Under the pieces are notes generated by a model. It ran no database searches and had not been told where the DNA came from. It saw nothing but the letters and a program-made list of their open reading frames with translations. Shown here one piece after another: positions 1 through 9,271 of a DNA stretch of 32,000 nucleotides; within the stretch, counting starts at the first letter, position 1, and every line of letters starts with the position of its first letter. Made by a program: the position numbers and the translations under genes. The DNA comes from Candidatus Kuenenia stuttgartensis (GTDB lineage Bacteria; Planctomycetota; Brocadiia; Brocadiales; Brocadiaceae), in NCBI RefSeq assembly GCF_900232105.1, contig NZ_LT934425.1:2850001-2882000 (forward strand), written 5' to 3'.

Positions 1-382
1 GAATATCCTGAATAAGGGCGCCCCCGCAAACAACATTTATCAACTGAATGCCATAGCATATAGCAAAAACGGGGATCTTTAATTGAAGGGCATGATGTAA
101 AAGGGCAATATCTGAAACTTCTTTGTCAGGATGGATGCATGTCGTGTTTTTATGCCTTGTTTCACCGTACAATTCAGGGGAAATATCATCCCCGCCGGTA
201 AGAAGAAGTCCGTGCATTTTTTCTAAAAGAGAAACAACCTCCTCTTTTTCTCTCGGCACAGGCAATAAAACAGGTATGCCTCCCCCCATGATTATCGCAT
301 CGCAATACTCTCTGTATACAAAAGAATGAGGCCGGGTTTTTTCCCAGCGATAATCACAATTTACCGCAATGATTGGCTTCAT
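1..382 (-). CDS. Class I glutamine amidotransferase / gamma-glutamyl-GABA hydrolase-like (peptidase C26) protein, N-terminal part only (gene runs off the left edge)
   Basis: Absent from the ORF track because it has no stop inside the window. Reverse-strand ATG at 382-380 gives MKPIIAVNCDYRWEKTRPHSFVYREYCDAIIMGGGIPVLLPVPREKEEVVSLLEKMHGLLLTGGDDISPELYGE...IPVFAICYGIQLINVVCGGALIQDI. The LLLTGGxDIxPxxYG and ICxGxQxxNV (nucleophile Cys) motifs are typical of the C26/PuuD-like family. Confidence 0.8.
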   Translation of the reverse strand, partial: MKPIIAVNCDYRWEKTRPHSFVYREYCDAIIMGGGIPVLLPVPREKEEVVSLLEKMHGLLLTGGDDISPELYGETRHKNTTCIHPDKEVSDIALLHHALQLKIPVFAICYGIQLINVVCGGALIQDI

Positions 383-597
383 AACCTTAAGCAACTATCG
401 TAAAGGTTTTGACGAAACAGCAAGGCTCGTTTTTATAGTAATGGGATTAAGGAGAGGGGCATTATAGGCGGGAAACATACGTTGGATGATACAGCGGGAA
501 TATTCCTGAAGTGGTTGGAGTATTAATAATGATGGCCGAAATACATTAAACGAAATAAGTTTTCTTTTTTCGCGTACGTTTGTCTCTTATTCATTTT

Positions 598-1992
598 TTA
601 CAATATATACCGGCTAAGATCTTCGTCTTTGACAATTGCCTGCAATTTATCATTAACATACTTATCGTCAATAATCACTTCCTTACCCCCTTCCATATCA
701 GGTGCATCAAAGGAGGCGTCCTCCAGCAGTTTTTCCAAAACAGTATGCAGCCTCCTTGCTCCAATGTTCTGAGTACGTTTATTTACCTGCACGGCAATTT
801 CCGTAATAGTTTCAATGGCTTCCTTTTTAAAATGAACCTTTATCCCTTCTGTCTCAAGAAGTGATTTATATTGTTTGAGTAACGCATTTTTTGGCTCTGT
901 TAAAATACGTAAAAACTCTTCCTTCCCCAAATCTTCCAGTTCAACACGAATAGGGAATCTCCCCTGCAGCTCAGGAATTAAATCCGAAGGTTTTGAGACA
1001 TGAAACGCTCCTGCTGCAACAAAAAGAATACGGTCTGTTTTGACAATTCCGTATCGGGTATTAACGGTGGTGCCCTCTACAATCGGCAAGAGGTCTCTTT
1101 GCACCCCTTCGCGGGACACATCAGGGCCTCTGCTTGTTTCGCGCCCCGCAATTTTATCAATTTCATCAAGGAAAATAATCCCAAACTGTTCTGTCCTGCG
1201 AATCGCCTCCTGTATTGCCTTTTCCTTATCAATAAGTTTTTCCGCTTCTTCCTGTATTAAAATCCTCTTTGCCTCGGCAACCGGCGCCTTTCTGACCTGT
1301 GCCCGCGGCGGGATCATTTTTTCCATCATGTTCTGAAAATCTATCCCCATATCTTCCACACCGGCGACAAATCCCTGCAACACATATGACTTTTCATGTA
1401 CGGTAAGCTCCACCGTGCGGTTAGCAAGAGCGCCATCCCGCAATTTTTTCCTGAGTTTTTCCCTTGTTTTTATCCGCTGGTCTTCTTTTGCCACCTCTTT
1501 TTCCTTATCCATTTTCTCAGAATTCTTTGGAGTCGGCGGCAATAGCAGGTCAAGAAGGCGTTCTTCCGCCAACTCTTCTGCTTTGCCCTGAACATCTTTC
1601 ACCATCTCTGCCTTTACCATATTAACGCCAATTTCGGTAATATCGCGTATCATAGATTCAACATCACGTCCGTGATATCCAACCTCTGTGTACTTGGATG
1701 CTTCGATTTTAAGAAAGGGCGCCTTTACCATAGATGCCATGCGGCGTGCTATTTCAGTCTTTCCCACGCCGGTAGGCCCTATCATTATTATGTTTTTTGG
1801 TAAAATTTCTTCACGTAATTCCTCAGAAAGCTGATGCCTGCGCCAGCGGTTTCGTATCGCAATCGCCACGGCGCGCTTGGCGCTTTTCTGCCCAATAACA
1901 TATTTATCAAGCTCCTCAACAATCTTTCGAGGCGTCAATTCCTCCACTTCTATACTTCCTCCACTTTGATATTTTTGTTGGTATAGACACAA
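598..1992 (-). CDS. hslU: ATP-dependent protease ATPase subunit HslU
   Basis: [17 protein letters not shown], Walker [24 protein letters not shown], and SRYIL at the C-terminus. The true start is probably the in-frame GTG at 1947, which has GGAGGA 9 nt upstream and sits 2 nt after the hslV stop. That start gives MEELTPRK. The track ATG at 1992 overlaps hslV by 43 nt. Confidence 0.95.
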   Translation of the reverse strand: MCLYQQKYQSGGSIEVEELTPRKIVEELDKYVIGQKSAKRAVAIAIRNRWRRHQLSEELREEILPKNIIMIGPTGVGKTEIARRMASMVKAPFLKIEASKYTEVGYHGRDVESMIRDITEIGVNMVKAEMVKDVQGKAEELAEERLLDLLLPPTPKNSEKMDKEKEVAKEDQRIKTREKLRKKLRDGALANRTVELTVHEKSYVLQGFVAGVEDMGIDFQNMMEKMIPPRAQVRKAPVAEAKRILIQEEAEKLIDKEKAIQEAIRRTEQFGIIFLDEIDKIAGRETSRGPDVSREGVQRDLLPIVEGTTVNTRYGIVKTDRILFVAAGAFHVSKPSDLIPELQGRFPIRVELEDLGKEEFLRILTEPKNALLKQYKSLLETEGIKVHFKKEAIETITEIAVQVNKRTQNIGARRLHTVLEKLLEDASFDAPDMEGGKEVIIDDKYVNDKLQAIVKDEDLSRYIL

Positions 1993-2486
1993 ATATCCGC
2001 CGCAATATTCAACGATTCCGCAACAATTTCTTTCACAGACAACGGAGTGTGTTTTGCCAAAGCGCGGGCAGCAGCAACCGCATACGAACCTCCCGATCCA
2101 ATGCCAATGATACCGTCATCCGGTTCAATCACATCGCCGCTTCCGGAGATCAGAAAAGAATGCTGTTTATCTACCACCACCAGGAGGGACTCTAGTCTTC
2201 TTAATACCTTATCTGTTCTCCACTCCCTTGCCAGTTCATGTGCGCTCCGCAACACGTTACCCTGGTATTGTTCCAGCTTTGCATCAAAACGCTCCATAAG
2301 CGCGAAAGAATCCGCCGACGAACCGGCAAACCCGACCAGTACCTTATCATGATACAACCGTCGAATCTTTTTAGCATCATGCTTCACCACCGTGGCTTGC
2401 ATAGTAACCTGCCCATCGCCGCCTATGGCAACATGTCCGCCCTTTCTCACTGATAAAATTGTTGTGGATGAAATAAACGGTTTCAA
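1950..2486 (-). CDS. hslV: ATP-dependent protease peptidase subunit HslV
   Basis: [21 protein letters not shown] and [14 protein letters not shown] motifs. It lies directly upstream of hslU on the same strand. Confidence 0.95.
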   Translation of the reverse strand: MKPFISSTTILSVRKGGHVAIGGDGQVTMQATVVKHDAKKIRRLYHDKVLVGFAGSSADSFALMERFDAKLEQYQGNVLRSAHELAREWRTDKVLRRLESLLVVVDKQHSFLISGSGDVIEPDDGIIGIGSGGSYAVAAARALAKHTPLSVKEIVAESLNIAADICVYTNKNIKVEEV

Positions 2487-2736
2487 AATAAATTCCTCAA
2501 TGTTTTACCCTAAAATAATTTAAGTTCAAATGGTATCAACAAAACTAAGAGTTATCAAGGGTTTTTCTCTTATGCGACACATTCCCCTTTGCCGGCATTT
2601 TACACATAAAAAATGATTGTATGATTTTGTAAAACTAAAGTGTTACATGATTTTTGAAAAGACTTTCGTACAGAATTTGTTATATAATGAAAAAGTTATT
2701 TTAAGGTTTTTATCTTTTATAAAGGAGGAGAGAATT

Positions 2737-3135
2737 ATGCTTGCAAAAGATGTTATGAATAAGATAGTTGTTGCGGCAAAAAGAAACACCCTTGGCAGGG
2801 ATTTAACGGTAAAACTTCTATCAGGCATGTATAGCGGAGTACCCGTGGTGGACGAAAAAGGAAGGGTTATTGGTGTTGTAAGCGAATTCGATCTTCTCAA
2901 AGTGATTCAGGCGGGAAAAAAACTGGAACAGGTAACGGCTGAAGAAATTATGACAAAAACCCCTGTATGCGTAAAAGAAGATTCCTCCATAGAGGAAATT
3001 ATCGACCTTATGACAAAGCACAATATTATCAGGGTCCCAGTAGTAAGGAACGATATGCTTGTCGGGATTATTTCACGGTGCGATATCCTTAGCAGTATGG
3101 TAGAACCTGAGTTTGTAACCGTTTGCTACGAATAA
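2737..3135 (+). CDS. Stand-alone CBS-pair domain protein
   Basis: Two CBS repeats (DVMNKIVVAAKRNT...VPVVDEKGRVIGVVSEFDLL and EIMTKTPVCVKEDSSIEEIIDLMTKHNIIRVPVVRNDMLVGIISRCDIL). I prefer the ATG at 2737 (MLAKDVM), which is preceded by AAAGGAGGAG at 2721-2730, over the track start at 2617. Confidence 0.8.
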   Translation: MLAKDVMNKIVVAAKRNTLGRDLTVKLLSGMYSGVPVVDEKGRVIGVVSEFDLLKVIQAGKKLEQVTAEEIMTKTPVCVKEDSSIEEIIDLMTKHNIIRVPVVRNDMLVGIISRCDILSSMVEPEFVTVCYE

Positions 3136-3177
3136 GATTGTTCGCAATACACCAGACTCAGCAATCCGCAACCCAAA

Positions 3178-3209
3178 AAGTAGAGAAGCATGGCCATGCT
3201 TCTCTACTT
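3178..3209 (+). terminator. Rho-independent-type hairpin after the CBS gene
   Basis: AAGTAGAGAAGCATG / CATGCTTCTCTACTT form a perfect 15-bp stem around GC. An A-run lies on the left and ATTT on the right, so it could act on either strand. Confidence 0.6.
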
Positions 3210-3250
3210 ATTTAAAAAAGTTTTTACAGGTAATACCATAGGAAGGCAAA

Positions 3251-4348
3251 ATGGCTGAACAGACTATTAAATTTGATATTTCCGGCATGCATCGCGTTAA
3301 CTGTGCCGCTACTATTGAGCGAAGGCTGCGTGAAGTAAAAGGTATTACATCGGTACGAGTAAATTTCTCCACGGCATCCTGCCTGGTCAGCTATGATACA
3401 CATGCTATAAACAAAAGTAGTATCGCAAGATGCATAAAAAGCATTGGTTATACTGCAAAAGAAAGGATGCGAATGGACCAATCATCAAAAGGGTCCGTTC
3501 AGATAGCATGGCTGATTTATAGCATTGCAGCTTCCATTGTAATGATGGTAATCATGTATGTTCCTTTTCCAGGACTGGATAATAAGCACCTTTCCTTCCT
3601 GCAGATGGGAATCGCAACAATCACCATTCTTGGTTCCGGTATGGACTTTTTTATCAGCGCCTATAAATCCATTAAAAATCTTTTTGCCAACATGGATGTT
3701 CTCGTCTCCATAGGAGTTTTGTCTGCCTTTCTCTACAGCGTCTTTGCCGTTTTCGGCATTTTTGGCGCTTCAGGCCACGCATTTTTCGAAACATCCGTAA
3801 TGCTGATTGCCTTCATCCGCATCGGAAAGTATCTGGAAGAACGCGCAAAAGGCAGGGCAGGCAAGGCGCTGCAAAAACTCATAACACTACAGGCAGACAA
3901 AGCGCATTTGTTGTCCCCTGAAGGAAAGGAAACGAAAGTAAACGCCTCCATACTTAAGGTGGGAGATACGGTTATTGTACGGCCCGGTGAAATTATTCCG
4001 GTGGATGGTGAAATAACAGAGGGAACGGCAACAATTGATGAATCCATGGTAACTGGCGAATCAATGCCGGTTGTAAAGAAAAAAGGCGACAGCGTTATTG
4101 GGTCAACCATTAACAAAACGGGAGTCCTCATTATAAAAACCTTGCGGGTAGGCGAGAAAACCGTTTTATCTCAGATTATTACTATGGTAGAAGACGCCCA
4201 GATGGACAAGGCTCCCATACAGCGGTTTGCGGATAAAGTGTCCAATGTCTTTGTTCCAATCGTTGTCGCTATTTCCATAATAACGTTTTTCTGCTGGTAT
4301 CTCATATTTTATGACGTCACTCCCACCCTCCCTTTGTATGGGCTTTAA
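3251..4348 (+). CDS. copA: Cu(I)-type P1B heavy-metal ATPase, N-terminal fragment (frameshifted gene, part 1)
   Basis: HMA-fold N-terminus, TM helices, and an actuator domain with TGESMPV. It ends prematurely at 4348, just before the CPC helix. Confidence 0.85.
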   Translation: MAEQTIKFDISGMHRVNCAATIERRLREVKGITSVRVNFSTASCLVSYDTHAINKSSIARCIKSIGYTAKERMRMDQSSKGSVQIAWLIYSIAASIVMMVIMYVPFPGLDNKHLSFLQMGIATITILGSGMDFFISAYKSIKNLFANMDVLVSIGVLSAFLYSVFAVFGIFGASGHAFFETSVMLIAFIRIGKYLEERAKGRAGKALQKLITLQADKAHLLSPEGKETKVNASILKVGDTVIVRPGEIIPVDGEITEGTATIDESMVTGESMPVVKKKGDSVIGSTINKTGVLIIKTLRVGEKTVLSQIITMVEDAQMDKAPIQRFADKVSNVFVPIVVAISIITFFCWYLIFYDVTPTLPLYGL

Positions 4349-5451
4349 AAACGGCGGTAGCAGTCCTGGTAATAGCGTGTCCCTGCGCCCTTGGGCTTGC
4401 TACGCCAACTGCCATTATGGTGGGGAGCGGCATTGGACTCAACAATTCAATACTCATAAAAAAAGCCAGCGCCCTTGAACAGATTGCGCGTATAGACACT
4501 ATCGTATTTGATAAAACAGGCACTATTACCGAAGGAAGGTTTGGGGTGACAAGCATCTTCCCGTCGGGAAAAATAAATGATAATGAACTGCTCACCCTCA
4601 CCGCCGCAGGCTGCGCCTTTTCTAATCATCCCCTTTCCCTTTCAGTTGTTGACGAAGCAAAGGCAAGAAATTTTACATGGGATACAGTTCAGGACTTCGA
4701 AGAACGTGCCGGCAGCGGGATACTTTGCAAATACAGGGATAAAGCACTGATGATAGGCAATGAGTCGCTTATGACATCAAACAATATCAATATTGAAGAC
4801 TTACGAAACAAAGCAGGGGAGTTGGAATATAGGGGAGAATCCATTCTCTACGTCTCTTACGACAATGTCTGCAAGGGCATGCTGGGGCTTGCGGATACAA
4901 TAAAACAAAACGCAAAGGACGTGGTAGCGTCATTACAAAAAATGAATATACGTGCCGTAATGATTACAGGAGATAACGAGCCTGCGGCAAATGCCGTCTC
5001 TTCCGCGGTAAACATAAAAGAATACCATTCGAAAGTTTTGCCGGGAGAAAAAAGGGACATTGTAAAAAACTATCAGGAACGGGGAATGAAGGTGGGAATG
5101 GTAGGCGACGGCATAAATGATGCGCCGGCCCTGGCGCAGGCGGATGTAGGCATTGCCATTGGCGCGGGAACAGACGTTGCAAAGGAGGCAGGCGACATAA
5201 TACTTATGAAAAATGATATTATGGACATTGTGCGGGCTATCCGGTTAGGGAAAAAAACACTGGCAAAGATACGGCAAAATTTGTTCTGGGCATTTTTTTA
5301 TAACTCCATTGGAATCCCGGTTGCCGCCGGCGCCCTGTATCCTTTCTTTGGCATCAGCCTTAAACCTGAATATGCCGGACTTGCAATGGCGCTTTCTTCC
5401 GTATCCGTAGTAACAAACTCCCTGCTCTTAAAACGGATGTCCTTCCGCTGA
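4315..5451 (+). CDS. copA: Cu(I)-type P1B heavy-metal ATPase, C-terminal fragment (frameshifted gene, part 2)
   Basis: The frame is open from 4315 and reads [33 protein letters not shown], with CPC at 4378-4386, upstream of the first ATG at 4417. Then come [25 protein letters not shown] (FFYNSIGIP) and MALSSVSV. The CPC / YN / MxxSS combination is the P1B-1 Cu/Ag signature. Confidence 0.85.
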   Translation, partial: RHSHPPFVWALKTAVAVLVIACPCALGLATPTAIMVGSGIGLNNSILIKKASALEQIARIDTIVFDKTGTITEGRFGVTSIFPSGKINDNELLTLTAAGCAFSNHPLSLSVVDEAKARNFTWDTVQDFEERAGSGILCKYRDKALMIGNESLMTSNNINIEDLRNKAGELEYRGESILYVSYDNVCKGMLGLADTIKQNAKDVVASLQKMNIRAVMITGDNEPAANAVSSAVNIKEYHSKVLPGEKRDIVKNYQERGMKVGMVGDGINDAPALAQADVGIAIGAGTDVAKEAGDIILMKNDIMDIVRAIRLGKKTLAKIRQNLFWAFFYNSIGIPVAAGALYPFFGISLKPEYAGLAMALSSVSVVTNSLLLKRMSFR

Positions 5452-5580
5452 CGTGTATGATAAATCTTCCTGACCGCTTATTTTCGGAATATTTGCCAAT
5501 GCTGACTGTTTCATAGCGAGGCGCAGCAGTAACCAGGAAAAGTTACTTAGTTCTGAATAATAAATACTGTTGTTTTTTTG

Positions 5581-5712
5581 ACAAATTCGAAACTCGAATA
5601 TCGAAATCCGAAAGAAATTCTAATATCAAATTAAAGAAATTAAAAACGAGGTTTGGAACATTTGAATTTGTAATTTTGAAATCGTTTCGGATTTCGTGCT
5701 TCGGACTTTGTC
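5581..5712. repeat. CGAAAT-rich hairpin repeat, copy A (between convergent copA and the FAD oxidoreductase gene)
   Basis: CGAAATCCGAAA at 5602-5613 is the perfect reverse complement of TTTCGGATTTCG at 5685-5696. Further pairing: CGAA 5595-5598 with TTCG 5700-5703, and AAATTC 5615-5620 with GAATTT 5664-5669. The element contains the reverse complement of an AAATTCAAATGTTCCAAACC box at 5650-5669. Confidence 0.7.
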
Positions 5713-5787
5713 GTAAGCTCAATCGAACGATTTAGCAATCTTCAATAAACAAAAACCTACAAAAAAAGATGTTTTTACGGAGTAATA

Positions 5788-6843
5788 TTATAGAGGCATA
5801 AGATCCCTTCCTGCTATTTTTGCCCCTAATTTCCACGATACCGAAGTCTGTCTTCTTTCCTTCTTTGTCAATTCCGTATACGCAGAAATCACATCTTCGC
5901 CCGATTTAATACAGGCGCATATCGCTTCCGCAGCAAAAAGCCCCGACGACAATGCACATGAAATCCCTTCTCCAAAGGCATTCAAAAACCCCGCGGCTTC
6001 CCCCACCAGAAGGATATTGCCCTTCCCCAGAGAAAAATTCCCCGAAGCGCACATAGTATTTCCCAGGCAGCTTGTCTTTCGCACCAATTTTTTCAATGCC
6101 AGCCCATGTTCTTTCTCCAACATTTCGTGAAATGCATTTAGACAAGGAAGGATTTTAGCCCCCTTTCTTACGGATGTGCCAAACACCTGCAAATCATCCT
6201 TTACACTGAACCATGCATACACTTCGCCATATTTTTGGTCAAGGAATCCATGATAAAAATATGGGTCTAAACTGGACTGCCCTTCATAATAATTTTGATA
6301 TGCAATAAACCATTTCACATTACGCTCAAATGCTGGTGAAAGCATTGCCCTGATACAAGAAACACTTCCCTCGGCGCTTATCAAATACCTGCATTTTGCC
6401 TGGCGGATTTTATTTTCTCTGGCATCATAATAATGAACAACAACCGCATTCCCCTCCGTTTCAAACCCTTTAAACACAGCACAATCCATCACTTCTGCCC
6501 CGGAATTGCTGATAAGCCAGTAATCGTATTCCGAACGCCATACATTCGGCGCCCCCTCACTATCCTTTGAAAACGGCCAGTCTGAATAATTCCCAAGATC
6601 ACTCCAGAACCTTACCCCTTTTAACAGCTTTGGCTGTACATAAACGGCATCGGGAATCCTGCCAAAATAGCGTTCGGTGATCTCCTGGGATTTTTTAAAA
6701 ATAATGCCTGAACATATCTTATATCGGGGAAGTTTCTTTTTCTCCAATACCAGTACCCGGAGTCCCTCGCCGGTCAGCCTTTTTGCAGCAGCAGCGCCCG
6801 AAGGGCCTGAACCTACCACTACGGCATCATATATCGCATTCAT
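5788..6843 (-). CDS. FAD-dependent oxidoreductase, geranylgeranyl-reductase-like family
   Basis: N-terminal dinucleotide fold YDAVVVGSGPSGAAAAKRLTGEGLRVLVLEKK, then KICSG, and a late LLVGEAAGF motif typical of this flavoprotein family. Confidence 0.8.
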   Translation of the reverse strand: MNAIYDAVVVGSGPSGAAAAKRLTGEGLRVLVLEKKKLPRYKICSGIIFKKSQEITERYFGRIPDAVYVQPKLLKGVRFWSDLGNYSDWPFSKDSEGAPNVWRSEYDYWLISNSGAEVMDCAVFKGFETEGNAVVVHYYDARENKIRQAKCRYLISAEGSVSCIRAMLSPAFERNVKWFIAYQNYYEGQSSLDPYFYHGFLDQKYGEVYAWFSVKDDLQVFGTSVRKGAKILPCLNAFHEMLEKEHGLALKKLVRKTSCLGNTMCASGNFSLGKGNILLVGEAAGFLNAFGEGISCALSSGLFAAEAICACIKSGEDVISAYTELTKKERRQTSVSWKLGAKIAGRDLMPL

Positions 6844-7145
6844 CTTATACTCGCTTTCTCCAAATAAGTTTCCGGGAAACGATAGTTAACTTTTCCCATC
6901 AAAAAAACGTATTTGCCGGAACAGACTTTCAAAGGTAAAATGAAAACAGTTGTTTATCAATTATATATTACATTATGTACTGGCAATAATAAAAAACACT
7001 TTGGTTGCGGAATGTGCTTTTTATGGGGAATGTGCCCCTGATTTTCCATTTCTCCAAAAGTCTGAATTGTTACCATAGCATAGCAAAGCCGCAACCGAAA
7101 AGAGTTTAACCACAAAGGGCTTGGCGCGGCCTTTGGCCGCAACCA

Positions 7146-7210
7146 AATTCAAAATACGAATATCGAAATACGAAACAAATTCAAATGACAAAAAACCCAA
7201 TGCTCCAAAC
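7146..7210. repeat. CGAAAT-rich repeat, copy B (left-arm-only half copy)
   Basis: AAATTCAAAATACGAATATCGAAATACGAAACAAATTCAAATGACAAAAAACC matches the left arms of copies A and C and carries the AAATTCAAATG box at 7177-7187. I found no matching right arm nearby. Confidence 0.55.
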
Positions 7211-7373
7211 TTTACGTAATCCTCATCTAATCAATGCCTTACGGTTATGCATTTTGAAAAACGAGCATAAAAAACAAGAAGTTGATGGATAGTAGTACAA
7301 AGAAAAACTTACAAAAAAAGAAGTTTTTACATGGTAATACCATATCTTACAACTCATTCCGGAGGGAACAAAA

Positions 7374-7991
7374 ATGAAAAAGACGTTCCTTGTATATCGA
7401 TTAGCGCTTATACCATTTATTTTATTTACATTCTGTAGCGTTATTAACAGTAAGGAGGCACATGCCATGCAGTCAATAAAAGGAAAAAAGGTTGTAATAA
7501 TTATCGCAAAAAATAATTTCAGGGACGAAGAATTGCTGGAACCAAAGGCAATTCTGGAAAAAAACGGTGCGGCGGTAACAATCGCTTCTTCTTCATTAAA
7601 AGAATCAAAGGGGATGTTAGGGGCAAAAGTATCTCCGGATATCCTTTTTACGGATATCGCTGTTGGCGATTATGACGCAGTAATATTTGTGGGGGGGACA
7701 GGGTCAAGCGAATACTGGGACAACCCTACGGCGCATACGATTGCCAAAGAGGCAAACAAGGTAAACAAAATAGTGGGAGCAATTTGCATAGCGCCGGTGA
7801 CGCTTGCAAAAGCCGGATTGCTTAAAGGGAAAAAAGCCACAACATATTCCTCCACCGTAAATGATATCAAATCCGAAGGGGCAAATTACACCGGCGAGGG
7901 CGTTGAAAGAGACGGGAATATAATAACGGCAGACGGACCTGCATCGGCAAAGAAGTTCGGCGAGGCCATTGTAAAGGCGCTTCAGAAATAA
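7374..7991 (+). CDS. DJ-1/PfpI family protein with N-terminal Sec-type signal peptide
   Basis: The core KKVVIIIAKNNFRDEELLEPKAILEKNGAAVTIAS...DAVIFVGGTG...GAICIAPVTLAKAGLLKGKKATTY has the nucleophile-elbow Cys in AICIAP. The N-terminus MKKTFLVYRLALIPFILFTFCSVINSKEAHA looks like a signal peptide with an AHA cleavage site. Confidence 0.85.
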   Translation: MKKTFLVYRLALIPFILFTFCSVINSKEAHAMQSIKGKKVVIIIAKNNFRDEELLEPKAILEKNGAAVTIASSSLKESKGMLGAKVSPDILFTDIAVGDYDAVIFVGGTGSSEYWDNPTAHTIAKEANKVNKIVGAICIAPVTLAKAGLLKGKKATTYSSTVNDIKSEGANYTGEGVERDGNIITADGPASAKKFGEAIVKALQK

Positions 7992-8059
7992 AAAATATAT
8001 CCATTTAGGCGATTAGCGCCTCAACATCGACAAAATTTTGTCGATATATCAAAGCGTCT

Positions 8060-8204
8060 AAATACGAAAGTCGAATGTCGAAATTCGAAACAATACCGAA
8101 ACTCAAAATTCAAATGTTCAAAACCAAGACCATGAGATGTGTCCGTTTGCTGTGGCCATAAAACCTGCCTGTTTCGTATTTCGTGCTTAGTATTTCGGAT
8201 TTCC
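8060..8204. repeat. CGAAAT-rich hairpin repeat, copy C (downstream of the DJ-1 gene)
   Basis: AAATACGAAA at 8060-8069 is the reverse complement of TTTCGTATTT at 8172-8181. The left arm CGAATGTCGAAATTCGAAAC and right arm GTTTCGTATTTCGTGCTTAGTATTTCGGATTTCC resemble copy A. The AAATTCAAATGTTCAAAACC box is at 8106-8125. Confidence 0.65.
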
Positions 8205-8230
8205 TTTTCGCAGCACTGTCTGCGAAAAGG
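8203..8230 (+). other. Perfect 11-bp-stem hairpin abutting repeat copy C
   Basis: CCTTTTCGCAG cactgt CTGCGAAAAGG, followed by TTT. No ORF ends nearby, so its role (terminator, sRNA end or part of the repeat) is open. Confidence 0.4.
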
Positions 8231-8300
8231 TTTAGCACCTTATAAGTAATTTCTTTGCACTTTCTGGCAAATAAAGTAGGCCTTTGGTTGCTTTCTCAAT

Positions 8301-8327
8301 GTAGAGCGACGAGCCTCGTCGCTCTAC
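8301..8327 (+). other. Perfect 13-nt-arm palindromic hairpin in a gene-free gap
   Basis: GTAGAGCGACGAG c CTCGTCGCTCTAC. AACGGCAACTTTTAAAAAA follows. Confidence 0.4.
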
Positions 8328-8594
8328 AACGGCAACTTTTAAAAAATCACAATCTGTGAACCCGTAATGTATAATGTAGAGACCCATTGAAGAAGGCTTT
8401 GGAAAAGGATTATTTGTAGTAATTTCAGCGGAAGCAACGAAATGAAAATATGTATGTGAAGGGCAGGGAGGAATATGTGGCCTTTTGTTTCCTTTAACAA
8501 ATTAGTTGATTATATTAGCCAAAAGTCTTAAATTGTCGCAGAATATAAGGGATGCAAAACAGATAATGGCTTTTTCAGATAAGGAGAAACGAAT

Positions 8595-8837
8595 ATGAAT
8601 CCGCTTTTACAACGTATTACCATCGATCAGGGTGTCTGCTTTGGCAAACCCTGCATTCGTGGCACTCGCATCTGGGTATCACTGATTCTTGATTTTCTGT
8701 CCAATGGGATGAGTATTGAGGAGATTCTTGCAGAATATCCTCAACTGACGGAGGAAGATGTTCGGGCTGCTCTTGCCTATGGAGCTGAGATGGCGCGAGA
8801 ACGATATGTTGAAATACCAACCGGGACGACAGGATGA
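8595..8837 (+). CDS. DUF433-family antitoxin-like protein
   Basis: IDQGVCFGKPCIRGTRIWVSLILDFLSNGMSIEEILAEYPQLTEEDVRAALAYG is the classic DUF433 pattern. It has a 4-nt ATGA overlap with the next gene. Confidence 0.8.
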   Translation: MNPLLQRITIDQGVCFGKPCIRGTRIWVSLILDFLSNGMSIEEILAEYPQLTEEDVRAALAYGAEMARERYVEIPTGTTG

Positions 8838-9205
8838 AGTTTAAATTAGATGAGAACTTTGGAACACGAACACAGGAAATTTTTCGTGCAGCGGGACATG
8901 ACATTCAAACAGTCCGTAGTCAGGAACTCCAGGGGTGTTTGGATCGAAATCTCTATGAGGTATGCTGTAAGGAACAACGTTGTCTGATAACGCTGGACTT
9001 GGATTTTGCGGATGTAATCAGCTTTCCACCATGTTCAGCAAGTGGCATAGTTGTCATTCGTATTCCCCGGAATCCAGGTTTTGCTTTGCTGGAACAACTG
9101 GTCCTGCAATTTCTACAATTACTCACTCAAATGCCCGTAGAGAAGAAGCTTTGGATTGTCGAGGTCGGCCGAATTCGGATTCATCAGTCAGAAGCAGGAA
9201 AATGA
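8834..9205 (+). CDS. DUF5615-family PIN-like (Mut7-C-like) putative toxin
   Basis: MKFKLDENFGTRTQEIFRAAGHDIQTV...CLITLDLDFAD is the usual partner pattern found next to DUF433 genes. Confidence 0.75.
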   Translation: MKFKLDENFGTRTQEIFRAAGHDIQTVRSQELQGCLDRNLYEVCCKEQRCLITLDLDFADVISFPPCSASGIVVIRIPRNPGFALLEQLVLQFLQLLTQMPVEKKLWIVEVGRIRIHQSEAGK

Positions 9206-9224
9206 CTGTGATAATCAAATAAAG

Positions 9225-9258
9225 GCGGGGCGGGGGTTTTAACATTTGCCCGCCCCGC
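9225..9258. terminator. GC-rich hairpin between convergent operons (candidate bidirectional terminator)
   Basis: GCGGGGCGGG at 9225-9234 pairs with CCCGCCCCGC at 9249-9258 across a 14-nt loop. On the reverse strand it is followed by a T-rich run (CCTTTATTTGATTAT). Confidence 0.5.
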
Positions 9259-9271
9259 GTTGGAGCTTGAG

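Noticed and set aside
1947-1992. Genuine 43-nt overlap of hslU with hslV
   Set aside because: An in-frame GTG at 1947 with a GGAGGA RBS, 2 nt past the hslV stop, gives the conserved HslU N-terminus. The upstream ATG extension ([15 protein letters not shown]) is probably not translated.
4310-4350. Programmed -1 ribosomal frameshift in copA (as known for E. coli copA)
   Set aside because: The known copA recoding site lies after the first metal-binding domain and uses a slippery heptamer plus a downstream structure. Here the shift is at the CPC helix. I see no X_XXY_YYZ heptamer, only a CCCACCCTCCC run. Truncation before CPC would give a non-functional pump. Mutation or sequencing error is more likely.
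5581-8204. CGAAAT-rich repeats as a degenerate CRISPR array
   Set aside because: The copies are kilobases apart with genes in between. They are not regularly spaced, they have internal inverted-repeat structure, and no cas genes are present.
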